DNA of 64,000 nt from Verrucomicrobiales bacterium (GCA_018003315.1 JAGNEJ010000011.1:4807-68806); one strand, 5' to 3'; shown: positions 47,900 through 58,355, counted from the first letter of the stretch. Made by a program: numbers and translations. The notes: generated from the letters alone by a model not told the origin.

Positions 47900-49095
47900 C
47901 GGCGCAGGCGGCGGGGGCAGCGTGGGCACGCTCTGGTTAAAAGAAAATGCCATATGAATTATAAGAAAACTATTGCGCCACGGGCATTTTTGAATGAGGC
48001 TCCCCGCCATGGCTTCGCACTACCGGTTTCGTCCTGCTCTGGGCCGGCGGATGCTGGCTCATGTTACCAGCCGCATTGTCAATCGGGCTTTCTGGTTCGA
48101 TGAGGAGGGGAAGCGGGTGTTTCGCGGACTGATGCGGAAGTTCGAGGCTTTCGGGGGGCTGCGGGTCATCACTTACTGTTTGATGTCCAATCATTTCCAC
48201 ATCCTGGTGGAGGTGCCGGAGCGGCCGGAGCAGATATTGGATGAGGAGGCAATGCTGGGGCATTTGGAGCAGGCTTTCGGCAAGCGGAAGGCGCGGCAGT
48301 ATCGGGAGCTTTTTGCCTTGTGGCGCACCAATGGGTGTGCGGGGGAGATTCCAAAAGTGCTGGCGTCGCTGTGGAAGCGGATGTTTGATTTGAGCGCCTT
48401 TGTGCAGTCGGTGAAGCTGGGGTTTTCCAAATGGTATAACAAAACCCACGGACGCAAAGGGACGCTGTGGGAGGAGCGTTTTGGCAGCGTGCTGGTGGAA
48501 GGGGCGGGCCATGCGGTGGCGACCATGGCGGCCTATGTGGATTTGAATCCGGTCCGTGCCGGGCTGGTGCAGGATCCGAAGGAATACCGCTGGAGCGGGT
48601 ATGGGGAAGCCGTGGGCGGCGGGCGCAAAGCGCGGCAGGGCATCGCCATGGCGGTGGGGGCGCTGCACCGGCAGAAGCTGGAGGAGGCAGCAGCAATGCG
48701 GTGGAACGAGGCGCAGGCGGTGTATCGGAAATTGATTTACTGGGAAGGTCAGGAGGTGAAAGCCGATGGGAAGACCTCAGGCAGAAAAGGATTTGCGGTG
48801 GAGCAGATTGAACAAGTGTTGCAATCCGGCGGCAAACTGCGGCTGGCGGATGTGGTGCGGCTGCGAGTGCGGCATTTCACGGCGGGGGCAGTGGTCGGGA
48901 GTGGGGAGTTTGTTGACGAAATCTTCGCCGGTGCGCGGGAGCTATTTGGGCCGAAGAGCACGAGCGGAGCACGGCGGCTTCAGATGTTGGAGCGCCAGGC
49001 CGGGCTGTATGCGCTGCGCGATTTGCGCAATAGTTGAAGACGAAACAGGGCAGCCCAAGATGAGTGGAATAGCGGCTGCCTTGTGGCTTCGTTGC
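47900..49095 (+). mobile_element. IS200/RAYT-like repeat unit, copy B (boundaries approximate)
   Basis: Inverted relative to copy A. The shared upstream block is AATGCCA.A.GA.T.AT...TTGC...TTTT..ATGA, and the shared downstream block is CGAAACA.GG...GCTGCC. Confidence 0.4.
47994..49037 (+). CDS. HUH/Y1 transposase-like protein (IS200/REP-associated tyrosine transposase-like), copy B, 347 aa
   Basis: It has the same motifs as copy A (YCLMSNHFHILV, TMAAYVDLNPVRAGLV) and ~90% amino-acid identity to it. Confidence 0.8.
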   Translation: MRLPAMASHYRFRPALGRRMLAHVTSRIVNRAFWFDEEGKRVFRGLMRKFEAFGGLRVITYCLMSNHFHILVEVPERPEQILDEEAMLGHLEQAFGKRKARQYRELFALWRTNGCAGEIPKVLASLWKRMFDLSAFVQSVKLGFSKWYNKTHGRKGTLWEERFGSVLVEGAGHAVATMAAYVDLNPVRAGLVQDPKEYRWSGYGEAVGGGRKARQGIAMAVGALHRQKLEEAAAMRWNEAQAVYRKLIYWEGQEVKADGKTSGRKGFAVEQIEQVLQSGGKLRLADVVRLRVRHFTAGAVVGSGEFVDEIFAGARELFGPKSTSGARRLQMLERQAGLYALRDLRNS

Positions 49096-49190
49096 AGTGT
49101 GCCTCGGCAGATTCAAAACTCCGGGCATGCTTGGATCCGACCGAAACAATTGGGGTCGAGATTCGAGGAGGCGACGGCGGACCGGGAAGC

Positions 49191-50627
49191 CTAACTGTTC
49201 AAAGTGACGGACAGATTGATGAGGGAGTGGGCGATGATGGGAATCCAGAGTGTCCTGCCGCGGTCATAGAGCAGACACAGCACCATGCCGATGAGAAATA
49301 CCGAGAGGCTTCCGATGAATGAATAGTAATGCACGGCGGCAAACAATGCGCTGGAAAGCAGGGCGGCAGTGAAATCGCCAAACCGGTTGCGGAATCCGGC
49401 AAAGAGAATGCCGCGAAATACGACTTCCTCGATGAATGGGGCGGCCAGGCATCCGACAACGAGTTCCATTGGGATGCCCAGCCAGCCAAGAGCCGCAAAG
49501 TCGCGGCTCCAGCGGTCGGTGGGGTCTACGAGTTTGAAAATGGATTCAATGGGGCCGAGGGCCTGCAGGGTTGCATGGGCGAGTGCCATGCCTCCGAGGC
49601 TCAGGACCAGCAGGTGAAATTTGCTGAACGATGGCCGCGTGAGCCCCAGCAGGCGGAGGGCGGCCCGGCGGCCGGGCGTCAGCAGCCAAACCAGCAGGAT
49701 GACGGGAATAAACTCCAGAACGGTGGTTAGGATTGTCCGGATGATCTGGAGGCCAGTGCTGGTTTCCACTTGCGTGCCATCGGGAAAAAGCGAGACCGCA
49801 AAGGTGATCAACAGGGCGCAGACTACGGAGGCGGCTTCCGTGAGAAATTCCGATAGCAGCCAGGCACCGAGCACGGCGGATGCGGTCCAAGCTGCCTGCA
49901 GCCGTGGAACGGATGTGGGCTGGTGCCGGGCAAGCGTCCAGATGGTCCAGAACAGCGCGGGCATTCCCAGAATGGTCAGGAGCCAGAGGGTGCTGTTGCT
50001 GATGATCCGCCACTGCAGTTTGCGGGTGCTCGCTGCGGCCAGAGGGGACTGCGCAACGAGGAATTCCCGTCCGTCGAACAGGGCGGCGAGCGTTTCTGTC
50101 CACCAGTCGGGACCGCGGTTCTTGAACAATCCAGCGATTTGCCCGCGCTGGGTCTCGTCCAACGCATCTTCCTCGACGAAGGAGCGCAGCAGGTCCTTTT
50201 CCGGTGCTTCGGACAGCATGGGTTGTTCGGCGGGTTCGCCAAACGCGCGGCAGATCACGGCATAATCCACGGAATCCTGCGGCACCAGCCATCCGTCGCG
50301 GCTGCCGGCGGCATAAGCATCCTGCAGTTCCAGGAAAAACTGTTCGTCCGTCTGGTATCCGCTGAGGTGCTGGCAAGCGGCTCCGGTGTGACGCCATGCC
50401 TCGCGCAACAGCAGCAGTTCCTCCGCGTGCTGCCGGATGACGCTGGTTCCGCGATCCTTGTCGCGCAGGAAGGGATCGAGTCGTCCGGCTGCATTGGATA
50501 ACAGACCGGCGACTCCCATGACCACTAGCAAGCCCAGCATTGGCAGAGACATGACCACGCGGCGGCAGCGAAACCACCGGCGACGCGGAGTGGATGGTGA
50601 CAACGGCTGACTTGGTGGCAGAGGCAT
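49191..50627 (-). CDS. CPBP-family (CAAX/Abi) intramembrane glutamic endopeptidase with large N-terminal domain
   Basis: C-terminal motifs PFIEEVVFRG, SSALFAAVH and IIAHSLINL. The start is ATG 50627 (alternatives: TTG 50675, ATG 50552). Confidence 0.7.
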   Translation of the reverse strand: MPLPPSQPLSPSTPRRRWFRCRRVVMSLPMLGLLVVMGVAGLLSNAAGRLDPFLRDKDRGTSVIRQHAEELLLLREAWRHTGAACQHLSGYQTDEQFFLELQDAYAAGSRDGWLVPQDSVDYAVICRAFGEPAEQPMLSEAPEKDLLRSFVEEDALDETQRGQIAGLFKNRGPDWWTETLAALFDGREFLVAQSPLAAASTRKLQWRIISNSTLWLLTILGMPALFWTIWTLARHQPTSVPRLQAAWTASAVLGAWLLSEFLTEAASVVCALLITFAVSLFPDGTQVETSTGLQIIRTILTTVLEFIPVILLVWLLTPGRRAALRLLGLTRPSFSKFHLLVLSLGGMALAHATLQALGPIESIFKLVDPTDRWSRDFAALGWLGIPMELVVGCLAAPFIEEVVFRGILFAGFRNRFGDFTAALLSSALFAAVHYYSFIGSLSVFLIGMVLCLLYDRGRTLWIPIIAHSLINLSVTLNS

Positions 50628-50730
50628 CGGGATGGGGGGGCGAATGCAGGTTCGCTTTCGGGGGCTGTTTGCCAACCTGCTTCAGCATCTCCTGTGGCCA
50701 AGGGTGGAATTGTGCTGCAATCTGGAAATC

Positions 50731-52461
50731 ATGCGAGTGGTTCGTCTGTATTTGTGTCTTGTTGGCTGTCTGCCGTTGACTGGCGGAATGGCCGCTCCGC
50801 TGCCACCCTATTCCGAAGCGGCGGTCCAGGCGTGGTGGAGGGCGCAGGGGGAAACCGCCGATTTCCCTGCAGAGGCGGAAAATCTAAAGTCGATGCTGCG
50901 GGAACGGCAGCAGGGGAGTGCGGACCTGTCGGCGGTGACGGGACATCCCGATTTTCTCGGCTGGCTGGAGTTGGCGGCCTGGCTGGACCTGTTTCCACGG
51001 GAGGCTGCCGGAGGCTTTTTCCACCGCGCCGAGGGGCGGCGGGCCTTCGTTCGGACCGGTGCGCTTTCTCCGCTGCGGCGCCTGTTTTTCGCCCACCTTT
51101 CGCCTTTCGATGACGCGGCCAAGGCCGCGGAAATCCTGTGTCGCATTTGCGAGAGCGATCCTGACAGGGTGAAGCAGCATCCCCAGGTGGCCGTAGCCTT
51201 TGCGCTGGTGTGGGACCAGCCGTTTCCGGATCAATGGCCGCATCTGTGGACGCGAAAGGAAGCGTTGCCGATCGGCGACGCGGACCCGGTGAAGCGCTTC
51301 GCAGTTTATTTCAAAATCCAGGCGGGCATTCCCATGGGCAGGAAGGTGCGCAAGCTGATGCTGGATCCGTCGCGGTTGACGGCTCGGGAGTTGATGTTTG
51401 TGGTGGACACTCCGGTGGAGACGCGAGAGATGGAATACATCCTGCAGGTCGATCTGGAAGACCCACGGCGGCTCAATGACCTTTTTCAGGCGGTCCCCTA
51501 CGATGCGGGCCGGATGAACCGGGGTGAACTCCAGTGGCCGCACGGCGGGTATCGGCTCATTGACATCGGGAAAAAGGGAGGGATTTGCGCGGACCAGGCC
51601 TACTTCGTTGCCATGGCGGGCAAGGCACAGGGACTGCCGACCGTCCTGCTCATGGGACAAGGGAGCACCGGCGGTCATGCCTGGGTGGGCTACATGGGCA
51701 GCCCTGGCCAGTGGATGCTGGATGTGGCCCGCTATGACGAACAAAACTTTGTCAGCGGCACCGCCTGGGATCCGCAAACCTGGAAGCGGATCACCGATGC
51801 CCAACTGCTCTTCCTGACAAAAGCGCCGGCCAGCGAGGTGCGTGCGCTGCGCGGGCGGCTGCTGACCCGCTGGGCGCTGATGAACCGCGGGGAAGACTAC
51901 TATCCAAGACTGCTGGGCCTGGCACGGGAGGCTTGGCCGCGGAGTTTCGACATCTGGGAACTGCAGGCGGCCTGCCTTGAAGAGCGCCATCTTCCGTTCG
52001 AGGCGCGCAGGGCATTCTGGGAAAACTGGGTGTCCACGTTTCGGGAGGACCGCGACATGCGATTCAAGGGGCAGACGGAAATCCTCCGGCTGCATGAGGC
52101 GCGGGGCGACATCAGGAGGGCGGACCAGTTGCGCGCCCAGATGACGCTGGAAAACAAATCCGGACGTTTCGATCTGGCGATCAGTCTCGCGGCGGCGCCA
52201 GTGCTGGACCTGGCCGGTGCGGGGAAATGGCCGGAGGCGCAAAAGGCCTACGCAACAGTGCTGCAGCAGTTCAAGCAACAGTCCGGCGGAATCCTGTTTT
52301 ACAACCTCGTGCAGCCGTTTGTTGACCGGGCGCTGCAGGCCGGCCGGCAGGCTCTGGCCAAGGAAGCACTGGCAGCGGCGAAACCGCTGTTCAAAATCGA
52401 ACCGCTGAGCACAGTGGCAGTCGATTTCAAAAATCTCGAAACCATGGCGCAAAAACCTTGA
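50731..52461 (+). CDS. secreted transglutaminase-like cysteine-protease-fold protein with TPR-like C-terminal region
   Basis: An ATG at 50731 gives the signal peptide MRVVRLYLCLVGCLPLTGG. The core reads GGICADQAYFVAMAGKAQGLPTVLLMG...GGHAWVGY, a Cys...His arrangement. Confidence 0.5.
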   Translation: MRVVRLYLCLVGCLPLTGGMAAPLPPYSEAAVQAWWRAQGETADFPAEAENLKSMLRERQQGSADLSAVTGHPDFLGWLELAAWLDLFPREAAGGFFHRAEGRRAFVRTGALSPLRRLFFAHLSPFDDAAKAAEILCRICESDPDRVKQHPQVAVAFALVWDQPFPDQWPHLWTRKEALPIGDADPVKRFAVYFKIQAGIPMGRKVRKLMLDPSRLTARELMFVVDTPVETREMEYILQVDLEDPRRLNDLFQAVPYDAGRMNRGELQWPHGGYRLIDIGKKGGICADQAYFVAMAGKAQGLPTVLLMGQGSTGGHAWVGYMGSPGQWMLDVARYDEQNFVSGTAWDPQTWKRITDAQLLFLTKAPASEVRALRGRLLTRWALMNRGEDYYPRLLGLAREAWPRSFDIWELQAACLEERHLPFEARRAFWENWVSTFREDRDMRFKGQTEILRLHEARGDIRRADQLRAQMTLENKSGRFDLAISLAAAPVLDLAGAGKWPEAQKAYATVLQQFKQQSGGILFYNLVQPFVDRALQAGRQALAKEALAAAKPLFKIEPLSTVAVDFKNLETMAQKP

Positions 52462-52567
52462 CCTGCCGCATGACACGGCCAAACGGAACCTTCACTCCCC
52501 GCATCGGTCCGATGAAATTTCACTTTTCCTCCGGAAAAAACCGGGATTTAGTCCGTTTTCGGGGATT

Positions 52568-53614
52568 TTGACCGAGCCGATTTTGTTTGAGATGATATCG
52601 ACATCCATGACCAGCACCGCCACTGTCGGCCACTGCGAACGCTACCTGCAGGGGGTGCGCTGGATGGTTCTGGCGAGGACGCTGGAGGATAAAATTGCCA
52701 GCCTCTACCATGCCGGACGCATCGTCGGCGGCGTTTACCTTGGGCGCGGACAGGAGGCATTCAGCGTTGCCCTGACAATGGCGCTGCGTCCCGGAACCGA
52801 CGTTTACGCCCCGCTCATCCGCGATCAGGCTGGACGCACGGCGTTCGGCGAGCCGATCTTGGACGTGCTCCGGACCTACCTGGGTTCCGCCCTGGGGCCG
52901 ATGCGCGGACGGGACGGGAACATTCACCGTGGCCGTCCCAGCCAAGGTGTGCCGGCCATGATTTCACATCTGGGGAGCATGATTTCCTATGTGTGCGGCA
53001 TGCTGGTGGCGCGGCGTTTCAAGGGGACTACCGGCCATGTGGGGGCGACTTCGGTGGGGGATGGGGCCACCTCCACGGGATCCTTCCACGAGGCGATGAA
53101 TCTGGCAGGTGTCGAGCGGCTGCCGCTCGTGGTCACCGTGGCCAATAACCAATTTGCCTACTCCACGCCCACCGAGCGCCAGTTTGCCTGCAAGGACCTG
53201 GCGATCCGGGCGGCCGGATATGGATTTGAAGCGCACACGGTGGATGGCACGGATTTGGAAGCATGCCTGGAGGTCATGGGAAATGCCGTGGAAAAAGCCA
53301 GAACCGGACATGGTCCGCAGATGGTGGTGGGCACCCTGCTGCGCCTCTGCGGGCATGGGGAACACGATGACGCCTCGTATGTGCCGCCGACGGTAAAGGC
53401 GGGCGGCATTGACTGTCTCAAAGTGGCGCGGCAGAAACTGCTGGATCGCGGCTGGGCCACGCCTCAGGAACTGGAGGTCATGGAGGCGGAAGCCTATGAG
53501 ATGGTGCAGGCGGCGGTGGTTCAGGCACAGAAGGAACCGGCCCCCGACCCCGGAGCCGAACGGTGGCAGCCGCTGGCATCGCAGTGGTTGATCGAAGGAC
53601 AGTCTGAGCAATGA
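52568..53614 (+). CDS. 2-oxoacid dehydrogenase E1 component, alpha subunit (TPP-dependent)
   Basis: Motifs GRGQEA, GDGATSTGSFHEAMNLA and VANNQFAYSTP. The start is TTG 52568 or ATG 52592/52607. Confidence 0.8.
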   Translation: MTEPILFEMISTSMTSTATVGHCERYLQGVRWMVLARTLEDKIASLYHAGRIVGGVYLGRGQEAFSVALTMALRPGTDVYAPLIRDQAGRTAFGEPILDVLRTYLGSALGPMRGRDGNIHRGRPSQGVPAMISHLGSMISYVCGMLVARRFKGTTGHVGATSVGDGATSTGSFHEAMNLAGVERLPLVVTVANNQFAYSTPTERQFACKDLAIRAAGYGFEAHTVDGTDLEACLEVMGNAVEKARTGHGPQMVVGTLLRLCGHGEHDDASYVPPTVKAGGIDCLKVARQKLLDRGWATPQELEVMEAEAYEMVQAAVVQAQKEPAPDPGAERWQPLASQWLIEGQSEQ

Positions 53615-54576
53615 GCATCACTTATCTGGAAGCCATTCGCGAGGCCCAGCGGCGCGTCCTGCGGGAAAATCCGTCCGTTTTTCTCTACGGACAGGACATT
53701 GGCGTGTTCGGCGGGGCGTTCAAAGCCACCAAGAATTTGTCGAAGGAGTTTCCTGGACGCGTTTTGGACGCACCGATCTGTGAGGATGCCATGGTCGGAC
53801 TGGCGGTTGGTGCGGCCGTTGAAGGCATGCGCCCCATCGTGGAGATGCAGTTTGCGGACTTTTCCAGCATTGCCTTCAACCAGATCATCAACCAGGCGGC
53901 GACCCATTTTTGGCGTACCCAGGTTCCCTGCCCCATTGTGGTCCGCCTGCCCAGCGGCGGCACTGCGGGCAGCGGCCCGTTCCACAGCCAGAGCATGGAG
54001 GGCCTCTATGCCCATTATCCGGGGCTCCTCGTGCTGACTCCCGCGACCGTGGGGGATGCCTATTCCATGTTATTGGAAGCCGTGGCCCTGGATGATCCGG
54101 TTATCTTCTGCGAGCACAAATTCCTCTACTACCACCTGAAGGCTGACGAACTGCCTGCGGAGAACCTGCCAATTGGGAAAGCGCGGATTGCCCGCAGCGG
54201 AAAACACGTCACGGTGGTCACATTCAGCGCGATGCTCCATGAGAGCCTCCGCGCTGCGGATGATCTGGCCCGTGACGGTTATGAGGTGGAAGTGGTGGAC
54301 CTGCGCAGCGTCAAGCCGCTGGATACCGACACGGTGCTGGCCAGCGTAGCCCGCACCGGACGCCTGCTGGCCGTGGGGGAGGCATTTCCCTGGGGCGGGG
54401 CCACCAGTGAAATCGTCAGCCGCATTGTCAGTGAGGGGTTTCACCTGCTGGATGCGCCTCCGCGGCGGCTCAACGCAAAGGACACTCCCATTCCTTACCA
54501 CCCGAATCTCTGGGGGACCCACCGGCCCACCGCCGGAGCCATCGCCTCCACGCTGCGTGAAATGCTCGGCTTTTGA
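53611..54576 (+). CDS. 2-oxoacid dehydrogenase E1 component, beta subunit
   Basis: Its ATG overlaps the alpha-subunit stop. Motifs MSITYLEAIREA, GQDIGVFGGAFKATK and EMQFADF. No E2 gene follows. Confidence 0.85.
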   Translation: MSITYLEAIREAQRRVLRENPSVFLYGQDIGVFGGAFKATKNLSKEFPGRVLDAPICEDAMVGLAVGAAVEGMRPIVEMQFADFSSIAFNQIINQAATHFWRTQVPCPIVVRLPSGGTAGSGPFHSQSMEGLYAHYPGLLVLTPATVGDAYSMLLEAVALDDPVIFCEHKFLYYHLKADELPAENLPIGKARIARSGKHVTVVTFSAMLHESLRAADDLARDGYEVEVVDLRSVKPLDTDTVLASVARTGRLLAVGEAFPWGGATSEIVSRIVSEGFHLLDAPPRRLNAKDTPIPYHPNLWGTHRPTAGAIASTLREMLGF

Positions 54577-54678
54577 ATCACCCGGTTTCCCCGCCCCGCC
54601 CCGGCCTCAACTGGCAGCTTGCCAAGTGCGTGCTTCCGCTCCCTGATTGCCCCTTTCCACCAACCCGCCTGCCTTCGC

Positions 54679-55935
54679 ATGTTCCACTACTTTCTCCCGG
54701 CCCACGTCAAAAAAGGAAAACGCCTGCTTGAGGGCGTGAAAAAATTTCTTCACTACCACCGGGATCTCATTGCGGATGACAGAATGGAAACATTGCTGGC
54801 GGCCCGGGATGACTACAAGGCGGCATTGGATGCCCGTGACAAGTCCCGCCTGGAACAGGAGGAAAAAGTGCTCATCCAGGCATGTGAACGGGCGGTTCCC
54901 AATTACAAGAGCGACAGCGTGAAGGAGAACATCGAGGTCATCATCGTGGCCGTGGTCATCGCCCTGGGCATTCGGGCGTATTTCCTGCAGCCGTTCAAGA
55001 TTCCGACCGCCTCAATGCAGCCGACGCTCAACGGCATCATCGGACACCGCATGGCGCCGGAGGAATCGTTTCCGAACATTGTGAAGCAGGGATGGCAGTT
55101 TCTCTGGAATGGTGCCAACCATACCGAACTCAAGGCTCCTGCGTCCAGCGGTCCGCTGTTTATCACGCGCATCCAGCAGCAGTCGCTCGCCATGTTTTTC
55201 ACGCGAACCATCGTGCATTTCAGCGACGGTTCGAGCGCCTGGGCATACTGTCCGGCAAGGCAGTTGTTCCGGGATCTGTGGCTGACGGACAATGAAGAAC
55301 AGCCGTTCGGACCGGAAACCCGCCGGGATCTTCCCGCGACGGATTCCTATGCAGTCGATGTGAAAATCCGGGTGCAGCCCGGAAAAATTCTGGCTCGGGG
55401 ACGGGTGGACACGGGTGATCAAGTGCTGGTGGACAAGGTGTCCTATCATTTCCGTCGTCCCGCCCGCGGGGAGGTTTTTGTGTTCAGCACGAAGGGGATT
55501 GCGGGGATCGAGGTGCCTCCGGGGGCGGATTCTCAGCACTACATCAAGCGGCTGGTCGGTGTGCCAAATGACTCCCTGGAACTGGCCCCTCCGGAACTTA
55601 GAATCAACGGAAAGTCGGCGGAAGAGTTTGGCATTCGACGGGTGGTCGAGTCCAAGGACAACCCCCAGCACGATCCGACCAGAAACATGTATCACGGTTA
55701 CACCTATCCCGGACGCAGGGCGGACAGTTCGGTGCTCGACACGGTGCTTTCCGAGCACGATGGAAAAACGGTTCTGACATACAAACTGCACGACCGCCAG
55801 TACATGGCCTGCGGCGACAACAGTGGCAACAGTTCGGACAGCCGGTACTGGGGGACGGTTCCGCAGGACAACCTGGTGGGTCCCGCACTGCTCGTTTATT
55901 GGCCGTTTTCTCCGCACGGCGGATTCATTAAATAG
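54679..55935 (+). CDS. lepB: signal peptidase I (long form with large insertion)
   Basis: Catalytic Ser box IPTASMQPTL, Lys box YIKRLVGVPND, and GDNSGNSSDSRYWG. Confidence 0.8.
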   Translation: MFHYFLPAHVKKGKRLLEGVKKFLHYHRDLIADDRMETLLAARDDYKAALDARDKSRLEQEEKVLIQACERAVPNYKSDSVKENIEVIIVAVVIALGIRAYFLQPFKIPTASMQPTLNGIIGHRMAPEESFPNIVKQGWQFLWNGANHTELKAPASSGPLFITRIQQQSLAMFFTRTIVHFSDGSSAWAYCPARQLFRDLWLTDNEEQPFGPETRRDLPATDSYAVDVKIRVQPGKILARGRVDTGDQVLVDKVSYHFRRPARGEVFVFSTKGIAGIEVPPGADSQHYIKRLVGVPNDSLELAPPELRINGKSAEEFGIRRVVESKDNPQHDPTRNMYHGYTYPGRRADSSVLDTVLSEHDGKTVLTYKLHDRQYMACGDNSGNSSDSRYWGTVPQDNLVGPALLVYWPFSPHGGFIK

Positions 55936-55944
55936 CGGTTCAAC

Positions 55945-57075
55945 ATGACACAGCAGACGACGATTCATGACATTCCGGCAGTGGCCGCCGAGTTCGCCAT
56001 GCCCGGGGACTTTATCGGCTTTGGGCCGTGCGGCCAGGGACTGATCAACGACACCTACGAGGTCCGGTTCGACCAGGCAGGCATCCCCGTGCGGTATGTC
56101 ATTCAGCGGATCAACCACAACGTCTTCAAGCAGCCAGAGCTGGTCATGGACAATATCATCCGCGTGACCAGTCACATTGCCAGCAAACTGCGGGCGGACG
56201 GAGAAACGGAAGTGGCGCGCAGGGCGCTGACCCTGGTGCCCTGCCGCAACGGCAAGCTGTGGCACAAGGACCGCCAGGGCAACACCTGGCGCGGCTATAT
56301 CTACATTGAAGGTGCCAACGCCCACAACCATGTGGACAGCCCGGCCCTGGCGGAGGAAGCGGCCCGGGCTTTCGGTTCCTTTCAAGGCCTGCTGGTCGAT
56401 CTCCCCGGTCCGCGTCTGGCTGATACCATCCCGAATTTTCACCACACCCGCAGCCGCTACAATGCCTTGCTGCAGGCGGTGGAGGATGATGCTGTCGGCC
56501 GGGTGAAAAGCGTGCAGGCGGAACTCGACTGGGTCCGCGAGCGGGAGTGGGTGGTGGACGTGCTGCTGAACTTCCAAGCCCAGGGATTGCTGCCAGAACG
56601 CATTGCCCACAACGACACCAAGATCAACAACGTCATGATGGATGACAAGTCCGGTGAGGCCATCTGCGTCATGGATTTGGACACCGTGATGCCGGGGCTC
56701 GTTCTCTATGATTTTGGAGACTTGGTTCGGGCCACCACGATTTCCACCGCGGAAGATTCCCTCGAACTTCACTGCGTGGAAATGCGCATGAACATGTTCG
56801 AGGCACTGGTGAAAGGCTACCTGGCCAGTGCCGGGACTTTTCTTTGCAGCAAGGAAATCGAGAACCTCGCTTTTTCAGGCAAACTCATCACTCTGGAAAC
56901 CGGCATCCGGTTTCTGACCGACCACCTCAACGGCGACAGGTATTTCAAAATCAAACGACCGGGCCACAACCTGGACCGGTTCCGGGTTCAGGCGAAAATG
57001 GTGGAATCGATCGAACGGCAGGAATCGGAAATGCAGGGTCTGACGGAAAAATACTGCGCATCCGTCAGGCGGTAA
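55945..57075 (+). CDS. APH-fold sugar kinase, N-acetylhexosamine 1-kinase (NahK)-like
   Basis: Colinear with my recollection of Bifidobacterium NahK: GLINDTYEV, AHNDTKINNVMMD, VMDLDTVMPGLVLYDFGD and RPGHNLDRFRVQ. Confidence 0.7.
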   Translation: MTQQTTIHDIPAVAAEFAMPGDFIGFGPCGQGLINDTYEVRFDQAGIPVRYVIQRINHNVFKQPELVMDNIIRVTSHIASKLRADGETEVARRALTLVPCRNGKLWHKDRQGNTWRGYIYIEGANAHNHVDSPALAEEAARAFGSFQGLLVDLPGPRLADTIPNFHHTRSRYNALLQAVEDDAVGRVKSVQAELDWVREREWVVDVLLNFQAQGLLPERIAHNDTKINNVMMDDKSGEAICVMDLDTVMPGLVLYDFGDLVRATTISTAEDSLELHCVEMRMNMFEALVKGYLASAGTFLCSKEIENLAFSGKLITLETGIRFLTDHLNGDRYFKIKRPGHNLDRFRVQAKMVESIERQESEMQGLTEKYCASVRR

Positions 57076-57166
57076 CGGATTGGTCCGGCGCCAGCGGACG
57101 GTGCTCTGGAGGACGATCGTGCGATTATCCGCCCCGTAATGCGTTGCCGGCATGCATTCCCGCAAG

Positions 57167-57218
57167 GCAGGGTGATGCCCGCCGCATCACCCTGCCCGTC
57201 CGTGCGGAGACCGCACGG
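57167..57218. terminator. two adjacent perfect GC-rich hairpins between convergent genes (possible bidirectional terminator)
   Basis: GCAGGGTGATGC-ccgcc-GCATCACCCTGC (57167-57195, 12-bp stem) and CCGTGCGG-aga-CCGCACGG (57200-57218, 8-bp stem). Neither has a U-tract. Confidence 0.35.
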
Positions 57219-57308
57219 ATGTCCTGATTCGCCCAGCGTTCGAACGGGCGGCATGGTTTGCGCCCGCCAGCACCCGGGTGCGCAAGGACCCGTTCGGCCC
57301 CGTTGGCG

Positions 57309-58127
57309 TTAGAAGCGGAAATTCAGTCCGGCGTGCAGTGCAAAATCCGGCGAGGCCTCCGTGAGGCCGAATCCGGCTCCGAGTTTCAGCGTCAGCAGGC
57401 TGACCGGCGTGAAATAGACGGCTCCGACGATCTGGTGGTAACCCTCGCTGTCGAAATCACCGATGGCTTCGACTCCGGCGGCGAGATCCTGAGTGAGGCG
57501 CTGTCGGATTCCCGCAGCATAACCCCAGTCTGGTCCGCTGCCATCCGGCAGGTTGCAGATGAGGTTGAAAACGAGTCGCGTTGAATCGGTCACATCCGCT
57601 TCAAGAATCAGCCTGGCGGCCAGCAAGTCCTGGTCATGGTTGTGGACTCCGCCGTGCTGGTGTTCCGAAGCTTCGGGCATTTCCATTGCCGCCTCGTGGT
57701 GGTGTTCGTGGCCATGGGAATTTGAGGCATCCGCATGGGCCGATGCATTTTCCTGGTCATTGCCGTTCGCAAACTGGTAGCCCAGATTCAGTGCGGCCCG
57801 GAACGGCAGGCTGGTTCCGGCGGGCACCAGGTTGATCAAGACCCGCGGACGCACCAGGGAATACTCCCAGCCTCCCTCCGCTTCATCCCGAAAGCCCACG
57901 TCCGCGCCGAAACCGACTCCCGGCAGAATTCCCAGCATGAAGCCGGACTCCATGCCAAAGGCATCGGGGCCGTCCTGATGCTCCCATTCATAGTTCAGCA
58001 GGATATTGCCGTCCCATGGCTGGGGCACATGGGAATCCTCGGCGATGATGAAGTCCCGCCCGCAATGGGCGTGAACGGAAACGGCAAGCAGGGTTGAGAC
58101 AATGAGGGTGGATGCAATTGTTTTCAT
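57309..58127 (-). CDS. outer-membrane beta-barrel-like protein with His-rich loop
   Basis: An ATG at 58127 gives the signal peptide MKTIASTLIVSTLLAVSVHA. It has alternating beta-strand patterns and the C-terminal aromatic signature GLNFRF. One loop reads SNSHGHEHHHEAAMEMPEASEHQHGGVHNHDQ. Confidence 0.55.
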   Translation of the reverse strand: MKTIASTLIVSTLLAVSVHAHCGRDFIIAEDSHVPQPWDGNILLNYEWEHQDGPDAFGMESGFMLGILPGVGFGADVGFRDEAEGGWEYSLVRPRVLINLVPAGTSLPFRAALNLGYQFANGNDQENASAHADASNSHGHEHHHEAAMEMPEASEHQHGGVHNHDQDLLAARLILEADVTDSTRLVFNLICNLPDGSGPDWGYAAGIRQRLTQDLAAGVEAIGDFDSEGYHQIVGAVYFTPVSLLTLKLGAGFGLTEASPDFALHAGLNFRF

Positions 58128-58355
58128 GAGTGATTGATTGGAGTAGTTGTGTTTGTTCAAAATGCTGAAGGATGCCCGGGTTGATGGAAGCAGGGACGCA
58201 GCCATGCGCATGCAGCCATCGGGCATGGGAAACCGGCAATCGGCCACGGATCAGATTTCCACGGGCACTGCCAACGCAAATGGTCGGCAGGCACCGCACG
58301 TTCGGCCGAAGCTCAGCAAGACCGGCCGTTCAGTCCGCGACTGAATCTGGTGGAG

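Noticed and set aside
47944-47990. AAAATGCC...GGCATTTT (8-bp stem, 31-nt loop) upstream of copy B, considered as a possible IS200-type subterminal hairpin.
   Set aside because: The complementary arm is not conserved at the homologous position of copy A (GAGCCTTTT), and the loop is very large.
52568-54576. E1 alpha/beta genes without an adjacent E2/E3, considered as an anomaly.
   Set aside because: To my recollection stand-alone E1 alpha/beta pairs occur in other bacterial genomes. Nothing in the sequence itself is unusual.
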